Of a stretch of DNA of 53,939 bases, positions 34,972-42,861 are shown piece by piece. The notes beneath the pieces are model-generated. The model had not been told where the DNA came from. It saw only the letters and a program-made list of their open reading frames with translations, and made no database searches. The stretch is from IMG/VR virus record IMGVR_UViG_3300027741_000088, positions 1 through 53,939 of that record, one strand, 5' to 3'. The translations under genes and the position numbers were made by a program. Position 1 is the first letter of the stretch; the number at the start of each line of letters is the position of its first letter. The stretch is from a virus. Lineage: Duplodnaviria; Caudoviricetes.

Positions 34972-35646
34972 ATGTTAAAGTTTGATAAAGTTAAGCATTG
35001 TTATAGAAATGTGCATACTAATGAGGAGTATACTTCTGCCACAACACTCATTAGCAAGTTTAAAAAGAAGTTTGATGTGGAGTTTTTTGCTAAAAAGACT
35101 GCCGACAAAGAAGGAATTACTGTGGAAGAAGTTAAAGCCAAATGGCAGAAGATCAATGCAGACAGCAAGGTAAGAGGCAGTTGCATTCATAGTGCCATTG
35201 ATGAATACAATAAAACAGGGGAGAAACCCCAAGAATTCAAGGATATCCTGGATTCTCTTGAGTCTCTCAAGTTATATGATAGATCTATTGCCAAATGTGA
35301 AGAACTGGTTTATAACCACAATTACCGTTTGGCTGGTACAGCAGATTGTATTGAAGATTTAGGATCCACATTCAATGTGTATGATTACAAGACCAACAAG
35401 AAGTTTAATCTGTATTCTCAATACAATTCTTTCTTTCTGGATCCCATCTCTCACTTGAGTGATTGTGAATACAATGCATATTCATTGCAGCTCTCCTTGT
35501 ATGCTTACATGTACCAAAGCATGACTGGCAAAAGAGTAGGCAAATTAGGCATAGCATATCTGGATAGTGAGAACAAATTCAATGTGTACTACTCTCCTTA
35601 TTTGCTCACAGATGTTCAGAAGATATTGAACCATGTCAAGAATTAA
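34972..35646 (+). CDS. PD-(D/E)XK family nuclease (Cas4/RecB-like exonuclease)
   Basis: RGSCIH...E...LAGTAD...YDYKT...YSLQLSLY motifs. Confidence 0.85.
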   Translation: MLKFDKVKHCYRNVHTNEEYTSATTLISKFKKKFDVEFFAKKTADKEGITVEEVKAKWQKINADSKVRGSCIHSAIDEYNKTGEKPQEFKDILDSLESLKLYDRSIAKCEELVYNHNYRLAGTADCIEDLGSTFNVYDYKTNKKFNLYSQYNSFFLDPISHLSDCEYNAYSLQLSLYAYMYQSMTGKRVGKLGIAYLDSENKFNVYYSPYLLTDVQKILNHVKN

Positions 35647-36076
35647 TTGGGAAGAGCATGCTCTTTTAATTGCTTGGGCTGCTACTCTGCGTTCAGAAGA
35701 TCCCTACATGAAGGTAGGAGCATGTGCATTGGGTCATCAGAAACAAGTGCTGGGTGTTGCATACAATGGCTTGGCTCCTGGCAAAATAGTATCACAAGAT
35801 TTCTGGTCTGATAGGCATAAACGCAGACCATTCATGATTCATGCTGAAGCGAATTTATTGGCAAGGATCAGCAAAGATGAAGCACATACTGTGGGAGTAA
35901 CTCTGCAGCCTTGCAGTTGTTGTGCACAATCCATGGTAGCACATGGAGTCAAAAAAGTAGTATACACAGAGAAGTATGACTTCGACAAAGGTGGTTTGGA
36001 TATTTTAAAATTCTATGGAGTTGAATTGATTTGCATTCCCAAAGAGCACATATTAAATAAACTAAAATCATTATGA
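35633..36076 (+). CDS. dCMP deaminase
   Basis: RSEDP..KVGA, YNG, HAEAN, PCSCC zinc motifs. Confidence 0.9.
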   Translation: MSRINWEEHALLIAWAATLRSEDPYMKVGACALGHQKQVLGVAYNGLAPGKIVSQDFWSDRHKRRPFMIHAEANLLARISKDEAHTVGVTLQPCSCCAQSMVAHGVKKVVYTEKYDFDKGGLDILKFYGVELICIPKEHILNKLKSL

Positions 36077-36513
36077 GATTCCTGGATGTAATCATAGAAA
36101 ATTCCCCTGTTAAAGAAGCCAAGCTTTATAGCCCTGCTCAAAAAGCAGCAGAAAAACCTGACAATGGAGTCACAATTCAAAACCCTGCTGCATATCATGT
36201 TATTCAAGATTGTGCCAAGATGACAGTTAGCTTTCTTCCATTTTATGTTTTTGGTTTGTATGCTCATCCTTTTGATGACTTGAAGGGTAAATTTAATTTT
36301 AAAGATATCAAAGAATTTGTGGATGCAGCTTTTAGTGATGTGACGTTGAACCAACTGTTAATTCTCATTTTAGATAAGATTAAGAAGTTACCTTACACAC
36401 CTGCTCAAAGTGCCAATGATCCATATGGTGATTATGAAAGCTATGAAGGGGTGAACGAAAAAGATGTGGTATCGCTTTTGTGCAAAGCTTTTAATGTTCC
36501 TGTCTTGAAATAA
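36073..36513 (+). CDS. Hypothetical protein
   Basis: 146 aa; ATGA overlap with upstream gene. Confidence 0.65.
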   Translation: MRFLDVIIENSPVKEAKLYSPAQKAAEKPDNGVTIQNPAAYHVIQDCAKMTVSFLPFYVFGLYAHPFDDLKGKFNFKDIKEFVDAAFSDVTLNQLLILILDKIKKLPYTPAQSANDPYGDYESYEGVNEKDVVSLLCKAFNVPVLK

Positions 36514-36813
36514 TTACACTAGTTGTTTAGCGTAACTAACAGGACGCAGATTCAGATTCAATTTGAAGCTATTAACTGGCAATCCATTATCAAATCTCTT
36601 GATAAAGGCTGCTGTTGATTTGGTTAATGTAGCTTTGAATGCTGATGTTTTCTTGTTCTTTTTGACAACAAGATAAACACTATCAGGAAAAACTCCAACC
36701 TTGTCCAGGTTATGAATCTTATCCTTTAGAGCTCTGGCGATGGCGCAATTTTGTGGATTGGCCTTCTCACCGAACTGAATATGCTTATCTTTAATGCCTA
36801 AGCTTATTTTCAT
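36514..36813 (-). CDS. Hypothetical basic protein
   Basis: 99 aa; HIQFG...NCAIARAL motif; TAAATA 5 nt upstream. Confidence 0.65.
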   Translation of the reverse strand: MKISLGIKDKHIQFGEKANPQNCAIARALKDKIHNLDKVGVFPDSVYLVVKKNKKTSAFKATLTKSTAAFIKRFDNGLPVNSFKLNLNLRPVSYAKQLV

Positions 36814-36845
36814 GTAATTATTTAGTCATAGAATAAATACTTTTA

Positions 36846-37205
36846 ATGAAACTAATAGCCCCATTTGTTACATTACAAGAGCAATTGCGCATATTTCATT
36901 GGCAATCTGACACTTATGCACAGCACAAAGCATTTGGCAAAGCATATGATAATCTTGGAGATCTAATAGACACCTTTGTGGAAGTGTATTCTGGCAAATA
37001 TGGTAAACCCAGAGCCAAATTAAAATATAGCTTGAATCTGAGTAACTTTGATGGTGATTATGCAGAGTTTATTGACAGTAGTATTAGCTTTTTAGATGGG
37101 TTCAATGCAGAGTTTGATGCTGATAAAGACAGTGATCTCCTCAATATAAGAGATGAAATGAAAGCTGTTTTGAACAGATTGAAGTATCTACTAACATTAA
37201 AATAA
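36846..37205 (+). CDS. Ferritin/Dps-like four-helix protein
   Basis: FHWQ...HKAFG..YD.L..LIDTFVE...NIRDEM...KYLL motif. Confidence 0.75.
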   Translation: MKLIAPFVTLQEQLRIFHWQSDTYAQHKAFGKAYDNLGDLIDTFVEVYSGKYGKPRAKLKYSLNLSNFDGDYAEFIDSSISFLDGFNAEFDADKDSDLLNIRDEMKAVLNRLKYLLTLK

Positions 37206-37718
37206 TCACTTTATCCAATGCCAAGCATTGGTATGAAATGGTATAACGGTTTTTCCTACTTCAAGAGCAAACTGATCCACTGCTTTGACAACATCAGGTA
37301 TTTGAGGACCATAATCATGGCCTGAATAAACACCACCAGTTTTTAGTTTAGAATAATAGTTTCTACAATCTTTTAAAACTTGTTCATATGTGTGAAGACC
37401 ATCAATAAAAATAAAGTCAAAATATGCATCTTGAAAATCATTCAAAGCATCATCAGATGTTTTTCTATGTAAAATAAATCTTGATCCAAACTTTTCAAGC
37501 CGGTTTTGAGCTTCTAATTCAACTCTACTGTCTTTATGAAATACCGAGCCACACCAATCTTTATACTCCGAGTATGGATCAACTCCATGAAGTGTTAGGG
37601 TTGGTAATTTAGATAGCAAGTTCTCTGCACCTACACCTTGCATTGTTCCTATCTCAAGGCCTATAAGAGGGGTAGTTGTGTTCAAATAATATTCAGTTAA
37701 CCCTCTTGTGGATGGCAT
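37206..37718 (-). CDS. Class I SAM-dependent methyltransferase (Methyltransf_24-like)
   Basis: LEIGT..G, GVDPY, FDFIFIDGLHTY, GGVYSGHDY; start moved to ATG at 37718. Confidence 0.85.
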   Translation of the reverse strand: MPSTRGLTEYYLNTTTPLIGLEIGTMQGVGAENLLSKLPTLTLHGVDPYSEYKDWCGSVFHKDSRVELEAQNRLEKFGSRFILHRKTSDDALNDFQDAYFDFIFIDGLHTYEQVLKDCRNYYSKLKTGGVYSGHDYGPQIPDVVKAVDQFALEVGKTVIPFHTNAWHWIK

Positions 37719-37788
37719 ATAATAATATATTATACTGTTGCTGTTCTTTATCAATGTATTAAAATAATGATTAGTTCTTTTACAGATT

Positions 37789-37866
37789 TGCTAGGTGGAC
37801 GTTTTAGCACTTTCCTTGTCCTTTAGAGCAACCGAAGAGAGAAGTGCGTCAGGTTGTTCACTAGCA
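37789..37866 (+). ncRNA. Candidate 78 nt structured RNA heading the tRNA cluster
   Basis: TGCTAGGTGGAC pairs with GTTCACTAGCA; inner GCACTT/AAGTGC stem; ends 2 nt before tRNA-Tyr. Confidence 0.45.
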
Positions 37867-37868
37867 TT

Positions 37869-37951
37869 GGGTAGATACCGAAGTGGCCAAACGGGGTGGA
37901 CTGTAAATCCGCTGGCTTACGCCTTCAGTGGTTCGAATCCACTTCTGCCCA
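37869..37951 (+). tRNA. tRNA-Tyr(GTA)
   Basis: Acceptor GGGTAGA/TCTGCCC, anticodon loop CT-GTA-AA, long variable arm, GGTTCGAATCC; CCA not encoded. Confidence 0.95.
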
Positions 37952-37958
37952 AGTTTTT

Positions 37959-38030
37959 TGTTCGGTAGCTCAGCGGTAGAGCGGTGCACTGTTAATGCAT
38001 TGGTCGTAGGTTCGATCCTTACCCGGACAG
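37959..38030 (+). tRNA. tRNA-Asn(GTT)
   Basis: Acceptor TGTTCGG/CCGGACA; GTGCA-CTGTTAA-TGCAT; G73. Confidence 0.93.
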
Positions 38031-38032
38031 AT

Positions 38033-38104
38033 GCCTGAGTAGCTCAGTGGTAGAGCAACGGTTTTGTAAACCGTCGGTCGCTGGTTCAATCCCAGTCTCA
38101 GGCT
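38033..38104 (+). tRNA. tRNA-Thr(TGT)
   Basis: Acceptor GCCTGAG/CTCAGGC; ACGGT-TTTGTAA-ACCGT. Confidence 0.95.
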
Positions 38105-38110
38105 CATATT

Positions 38111-38181
38111 TGCCTTGTGGTGTAATGGTAACACAGCGGTCTCTGAAGCCGCTTTTCTACGTTCAAGTCGTAGCAAGGCAA
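38111..38181 (+). tRNA. tRNA-Gln(CTG)
   Basis: Acceptor TGCCTTG/CAAGGCA (U1-A72); GCGGT-CTCTGAA-GCCGC. Confidence 0.9.
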
Positions 38182-38217
38182 AGTTGATAATTAATTAAAT
38201 TAAAGTATAATACTCTC

Positions 38218-39192
38218 ATGAAACATTGCTTGGTTCTTGGTGCAGGTGGATTTATTGGCAATCACCTAGTCAATAAGCTGGTTGAGCAAGGTCATTGGGT
38301 CAGAGGGGTAGACATCAAGACCCCTGAATACAGCAAAACCAAAGCTAATGAATTTTTAACGTTTGATCTAAGAAAAAACAAACTAGTAACAGAATCTTTT
38401 GATTGCTGCCCCAACGGTGAAGGGTTTGATGAAGTGTATCAATTGGCAGCTGACATGGGTGGTGCAGGTTACATATTTTCTGGTGATCATGATGCTGATG
38501 TGATGCACAATTCAGCTCTTATTAATCTGCATGTGTGTGAGAATGCTGTTCAATTTAAAGCCAAGAAAGTATTTTACTCTTCTTCTGCTTGCATGTACCC
38601 AGAACACAATCAATTGGATCCTAATAATCCCAATTGTGAAGAGAGTTCTGCTTACCCTGCAAATCCTGACAGTGAATATGGATGGGAAAAGCTTTTTAGT
38701 GAAAGATTATACTTAGCATTTAACCGCAATCACAATCTGGATGTAAGAATTGCCAGGTTTCACAATATCTTTGGACCTTATGGGTCTTGGAACAATGGCA
38801 AAGAAAAAGCCCCAGCTGCAGTATGCAGAAAAGTAGCACAAGCAGAAGATAGTGGTGAAGTTGAAATTTGGGGTGATGGTAAACAGACACGAAGCTTTCT
38901 TTATATTGATGAATGCTTAGAAGCAGTTGAGAGGTTAATGAATTCAGATTTCAAAGGCCCTGTAAATATCGGGTCTGAAGAAATGATCACCATCAATCAG
39001 TTAGTAGACAAAGTGAGTAAAATTGCTGGTAAATCATTGATCAAAAAGCACATACCTGGACCATTGGGTGTTCGAGGCCGCAATTCTGACAATAAACTTA
39101 TTAAAGAAAAACTTGGATGGTGCCCTTCTTTGCCTGTAGAATATGGGCTGCAGAAAACTTATGCATGGATAAATGCACAGGTGCACAAATAA
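38218..39192 (+). CDS. GDP-mannose 3',5'-epimerase-like NAD-dependent epimerase
   Basis: GAGGFIG, LAADMGG, SSSACMYPE, YGWEK, RFHNIFGP.G.W..GKEKAPAA.CRK, GVRGRNSDN: GME signature motifs. Confidence 0.88.
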   Translation: MKHCLVLGAGGFIGNHLVNKLVEQGHWVRGVDIKTPEYSKTKANEFLTFDLRKNKLVTESFDCCPNGEGFDEVYQLAADMGGAGYIFSGDHDADVMHNSALINLHVCENAVQFKAKKVFYSSSACMYPEHNQLDPNNPNCEESSAYPANPDSEYGWEKLFSERLYLAFNRNHNLDVRIARFHNIFGPYGSWNNGKEKAPAAVCRKVAQAEDSGEVEIWGDGKQTRSFLYIDECLEAVERLMNSDFKGPVNIGSEEMITINQLVDKVSKIAGKSLIKKHIPGPLGVRGRNSDNKLIKEKLGWCPSLPVEYGLQKTYAWINAQVHK

Positions 39193-39194
39193 CC

Positions 39195-39270
39195 GCTCCT
39201 GTATTGGCACTGTCTTCTAAACAGTTAGCGCATAATTGGATTAATGCAGGTTCGATCCCTGCCAGGAGCG
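39195..39270 (+). tRNA. Atypical D-armless tRNA-Arg(TCT)-like gene
   Basis: Perfect acceptor GCTCCTG/CAGGAGC, anticodon arm ACTGT-CTTCTAA-ACAGT, T arm GCAGG-TTCGATC-CCTGC. Only 7 nt lie where the D-arm should be; 20 nt variable region. Confidence 0.75.
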
Positions 39271-39350
39271 GGCAATATTTCTATATAGCATTTTAAAGAA
39301 CGTTTTCTAGCTCTTTCTATTAATTTAAGATATACGCTTTTATACTTCAT
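39225..39350 (-). pseudogene. Truncated N-terminus of a T4 Mob-type HNH homing endonuclease
   Basis: MKYKSVYLKLIERARKRSLKCYIE matches the Mob-type N-terminus but similarity ends before HHIIP; TAAATA 5 nt upstream. Confidence 0.55.
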
Positions 39351-39457
39351 TAAATTATTTAACTTACCAGTAACCTTTAATTTAGAACTTGTCAGGTGCA
39401 CTTGATTAATATTTTTTACAAATAAATTATAGCATGAACAATAGAATAAATACTTTT

Positions 39458-39700
39458 ATGAAAGATTGTGCTTGGTTTAGAGCGTTTCTATATTTCTCTA
39501 TTGCTGCATTGCCCGCATTAATTACAGATTTTGGCAAATATAAAGCATTTTCAGACATTTCTTCTGTATCACTTACCATTATTATTTCTAATATGCTTTT
39601 ACAAGGGTTTATTGCTGTTAGAGCGTATTTGGACCAGTCCATAACAAGAATCCAAAAGGATAAAAAAGACGGTAAAAAGGTTGATCTAATAAATGAATAA
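39458..39700 (+). CDS. Putative holin
   Basis: Two hydrophobic segments, charged C-terminus, first gene of lysis cluster; start chosen from TAAATA-5-ATG. Confidence 0.5.
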   Translation: MKDCAWFRAFLYFSIAALPALITDFGKYKAFSDISSVSLTIIISNMLLQGFIAVRAYLDQSITRIQKDKKDGKKVDLINE

Positions 39701-39713
39701 CCTAAGTAATTAC

Positions 39714-40160
39714 ATGAAAAACTTACTGCCTTTAATTTTTATTCCATTGCTTGTGGCTGGTTGTGCAACCACAGGAAATCATACTCCTAATGATCCAGCA
39801 CAGACTGTGGAGAATGCATTGCCTTACATTGCCCCTGCAGTCACCCTCACTTGCACTGTAGTATTGGATCAAGCTGTTTCAGATAGCGATAGGACTGAGA
39901 AAGCCAAAATGATTAATAATGTGGCTACCATAGTGGAAGGATTGACACGTGGCGCTACACCCACACCTGAGCAATTGCAAAAAGCTCTTACTGATTATCT
40001 GCCTGTGGAGAAAACTCACTGGGCCAAGTATGTTGTAGCTATTAAAGATCTATATGCTACCCAATTTAATAAAGTGGGTGGTAATGCTAAACTTGCAGTG
40101 GATGTTCTCAATGCCATTGCCAAAGGCTGTAAAGACGCCACAGAGTCTTACGTAGACTAA
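39714..40160 (+). CDS. Lipoprotein in lysis cluster
   Basis: MKNLLPLIFIPLLVAGC lipobox; TAAGTA-5-ATG. Confidence 0.7.
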   Translation: MKNLLPLIFIPLLVAGCATTGNHTPNDPAQTVENALPYIAPAVTLTCTVVLDQAVSDSDRTEKAKMINNVATIVEGLTRGATPTPEQLQKALTDYLPVEKTHWAKYVVAIKDLYATQFNKVGGNAKLAVDVLNAIAKGCKDATESYVD

Positions 40161-40360
40161 TGCCCACTGGAATTATACAAGCGTTACTGAGTGCCATTTC
40201 TGGAATATTTGGTGCTATCAACAATGTGTTTGGCGCTAAGAACACACCAGAGATGAAAAAAGCTCAAGAACAACAGAAAGAAGCCAACTTCAATGATGAA
40301 GTAGAAAAAGCCATAAAGGACAAAGATGTTAAAAAAATTCGCGATATTCTCTCTGAGTAG
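40160..40360 (+). CDS. Small membrane-anchored protein, i-spanin-like
   Basis: Hydrophobic/amphipathic N-terminus plus charged helix; overlaps downstream lipoprotein. Confidence 0.45.
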   Translation: MPTGIIQALLSAISGIFGAINNVFGAKNTPEMKKAQEQQKEANFNDEVEKAIKDKDVKKIRDILSE

Positions 40361-40745
40361 TTTTCTGTTATGTGCGTGTACAACTGTTACACCCAACAAA
40401 GTAACAGATGAAATAGCCTCTTATGATGCAACAACACCCAATGGATATGATGTACAAAACTCTGGCTTTATTGGCTTTACTGATGACGGCCGGGGTCTTA
40501 TTACTCAGTTTGGTCTTCTCCGCTACAACACCCTCATCAAAGCGTACAAGATACGGTTCAAGAGTTTCAAGGGTGTTGATTTGAATGAGAATGCAGGTAT
40601 AACTGAGTATACTGATAAATTAAACAATAAACTCTTCATCATAGACCAGCAGCATTTGGTTTATTATGCTATTTTAAATAGCTGGCGCAAAGATGGTAAA
40701 GAACCAGATTCTATCTGGGACAAAGCTAAAGATTTAGTTAAATAA
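40326..40745 (+). CDS. Lipoprotein, o-spanin-like
   Basis: MLKKFAIFSLSSFLLCAC lipobox; overlaps upstream gene by 35 nt; directly before endolysin. Confidence 0.5.
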   Translation: MLKKFAIFSLSSFLLCACTTVTPNKVTDEIASYDATTPNGYDVQNSGFIGFTDDGRGLITQFGLLRYNTLIKAYKIRFKSFKGVDLNENAGITEYTDKLNNKLFIIDQQHLVYYAILNSWRKDGKEPDSIWDKAKDLVK

Positions 40746-40751
40746 TATTAA

Positions 40752-41246
40752 ATGAGAGATCGGTTTGATTGGATAATTAAGTTTGTTTTAGATGCTGAAG
40801 GTGGTTATACCAATGATCCAGACGACCCTGGTGGCGAAACAAACTTCGGTATTGATAAAAGAAGCCACTCAGATGTGGATATCAAAAATCTCACAGTAGA
40901 GCAAGCCAAAGACATTTATTTTAATGAATATTGGACAAAATATAGTTGCTGGTTATATGCAGCACCTCTTGGTGAAGTTTACTTTGATTGTTGTGTAAAC
41001 ACTGGTGCTAAGCAATCCAACAAGTTCTTACAAAGAGCTGTTGGTGTCACCCCTGATGGTATTGTTGGTCCTAAAACACTGGAAGCCATAGCCAATAGAG
41101 ATGCTCATAAGACTGCTCTAGAAGTTATCAATCAACGACAAAAATTTTATGAAAACTTGGCCTATAATAAATTAAGTTTAAAGAAGTTCTTAAAAGGATG
41201 GACCAACAGAAACAATAACTTAAGAAAGTATATCAATGAAGTTTAA
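40752..41246 (+). CDS. Endolysin, glycoside hydrolase family 108 with peptidoglycan-binding domain
   Basis: EGGY..DPDDPGGETNFGI, FDCCVNTG, DGIVGPKT, FLKGWTNR. Confidence 0.92.
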   Translation: MRDRFDWIIKFVLDAEGGYTNDPDDPGGETNFGIDKRSHSDVDIKNLTVEQAKDIYFNEYWTKYSCWLYAAPLGEVYFDCCVNTGAKQSNKFLQRAVGVTPDGIVGPKTLEAIANRDAHKTALEVINQRQKFYENLAYNKLSLKKFLKGWTNRNNNLRKYINEV

Positions 41247-41385
41247 AGATTTTTACAATAAAATTAAAAAGAAGAAAAAAGACAAGTTGCCTCAAGCAAA
41301 CAATGTGCACACAGACACTTCTAACATGCCAAATACTGCTGCTTTGCCTGCTGCTAATGCCGGCAATCAACCCAGATTGTCTTAA
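41236..41385 (+). CDS. Small basic protein (not in ORF track), 49 aa MKFKDFYNKIKKKKKDK...
   Basis: Own translation; fills the gap between endolysin and rmlB. Confidence 0.55.
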   Translation: MKFKDFYNKIKKKKKDKLPQANNVHTDTSNMPNTAALPAANAGNQPRLS

Positions 41386-41423
41386 CAGTTGAATTAATAA
41401 AAATACGACGCTAATATTATTAT

Positions 41424-42392
41424 ATGCCGAAAATACTTGTCACAGGTGGCTATGGATTCATAGGCACACATTTTCTCATACGTCTGTTAGAAGATACAGA
41501 TTTTGTTGTGTACAACATAGATTGTGAATCATATGCAGCCAATAAAGATAACATAAAAATGTATCTTAAGGACAACAAACAATACCGCAGAAGACTCAAA
41601 TTGTTTAAAAAAAACATATCTAATAAGAAACTATTGGATGCATTGTTTGCAAAAATTAAGCCTGACTTTGTGGTTAATATTGCAGCTGAATCTCATGTGG
41701 ATAACAGCATCACAGGCCCTGCTCCTTTTATTCATTCTAACATTGTGGGTACATTCAATCTTCTGGAATGTTCCAGAAAATATGATGTGAGCAAATACAT
41801 TCAAGTGAGCACAGATGAAGTTTATGGGCAACTACATGATTTAAATGATGCTTATTTCAAAGAGACAGATAACTTGCATCCTAGCTCTGTGTATTCAGCT
41901 TCCAAAGCTTCTGCAGATTTATTAGCTTTGTCTTATTTCAAGACATTCAAGCTCAATGTGTGTGTTACTCGTTGTTGCAATAATTATGGTCCTCATCAGC
42001 ACAAAGAGAAACTATTGCCCAAGACCATTCTCAATGCTTTGGGCAATTTACCAATTCCTGTGTATAGCAAAGGTGAGAACATGAGAGAGTGGATACATGT
42101 ACAAGACCATTGCAGAGGTATTCTTGCTGTTCTGAATCAAGGCGCACCAGGTGAAATATACAACATTGGTACTGGTACAGTTTTAACAAATATTAAGCTT
42201 GTTAAAATGGTAATTGAGTTGGTAGAAAGAAAAGAAGATCTAATTGAATTTGTTGAAGACAGAAAAGGACATGATTTTATATATGCTACCAACAGTGACA
42301 AGATTGCCAGTGAATTGAAATGGCTACCCAAGATTGATTTTCAGGAGGGATTGAAGCAAACAATTGCATGGTATAAAAAACAGTTGAATTAA
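41424..42392 (+). CDS. rmlB: dTDP-glucose 4,6-dehydratase
   Basis: VTGGYGFIG, AAESHVDNSI, STDEVYG, YSASKA, NNYGP.QH.EKL.P, DRKGHD. Confidence 0.92.
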   Translation: MPKILVTGGYGFIGTHFLIRLLEDTDFVVYNIDCESYAANKDNIKMYLKDNKQYRRRLKLFKKNISNKKLLDALFAKIKPDFVVNIAAESHVDNSITGPAPFIHSNIVGTFNLLECSRKYDVSKYIQVSTDEVYGQLHDLNDAYFKETDNLHPSSVYSASKASADLLALSYFKTFKLNVCVTRCCNNYGPHQHKEKLLPKTILNALGNLPIPVYSKGENMREWIHVQDHCRGILAVLNQGAPGEIYNIGTGTVLTNIKLVKMVIELVERKEDLIEFVEDRKGHDFIYATNSDKIASELKWLPKIDFQEGLKQTIAWYKKQLN

Positions 42393-42433
42393 TTAACTAT
42401 ACATGCATAATTATTTATAGTTCATTAACAACT

Positions 42434-42844
42434 GGGGGCGTAATGGTATCGATTGAATGATGGAATACACAAGTGCAGGTACTGGGGCATGCCAGTTTAA
42501 TAATAGCAAAACAACATTAAATGCCGAAGACAACTTCGACATGGCCATGAGTCTCGAAGAAGCTGATGCAATCCTTGCAGCAGCAGGCTTTGTGGACGCA
42601 GAAGCCACACTCGAGCTAGTTTAACTGCTCGATCGTTCCATGGTAGATTGAGACCTGTAACATGGAGCGTGTAACTGGTCTTCGTATAAATTGGGTTATA
42701 ACAATTAATAATTTATATGTACAAAATTGTTATCAGTAAGGGCTTTTTGTTTAGTTTAATCCTTATGAAAATTCAACTAAGACAAACTTGTAGTGCTTGT
42801 GAGTGAAATTATTCAAGACGCGGGTTCGATTCCCGCCGCTTCCA
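42434..42844 (+). ncRNA. ssrA: tmRNA
   Basis: 5' GGGGGCG pairs with 3' CGCTTCC-A including G3.U70; T arm GCGGG-TTCGATT-CCCGC; P2 TTGAATGA/TTATTCAA; tag ORF 42523..42624. Confidence 0.92.
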
Positions 42845-42861
42845 GTTTTTAAAATAAAAAT

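Noticed and set aside
34972-35646. Cas4 as part of a CRISPR system
   Set aside because: No Fe-S cysteine cluster pattern, other cas genes or array; a common stand-alone phage nuclease.
37789-37866. SRP RNA or Y RNA identity for the hairpin (contains GTCAGG and AGCA)
   Set aside because: SRP motifs are in the wrong order with no GGAA tetraloop; the bulge is G rather than the Ro-binding C.
37970-38176. 68 aa minus-strand ORF
   Set aside because: Antisense to the tRNA cluster.
38111-38181. Suppressor tRNA or alternative genetic code
   Set aside because: Anticodon is CTG (Gln), not CTA; genes are intact and densely packed in code 11.
42411-42608. 65 aa minus-strand ORF
   Set aside because: Antisense to tmRNA.
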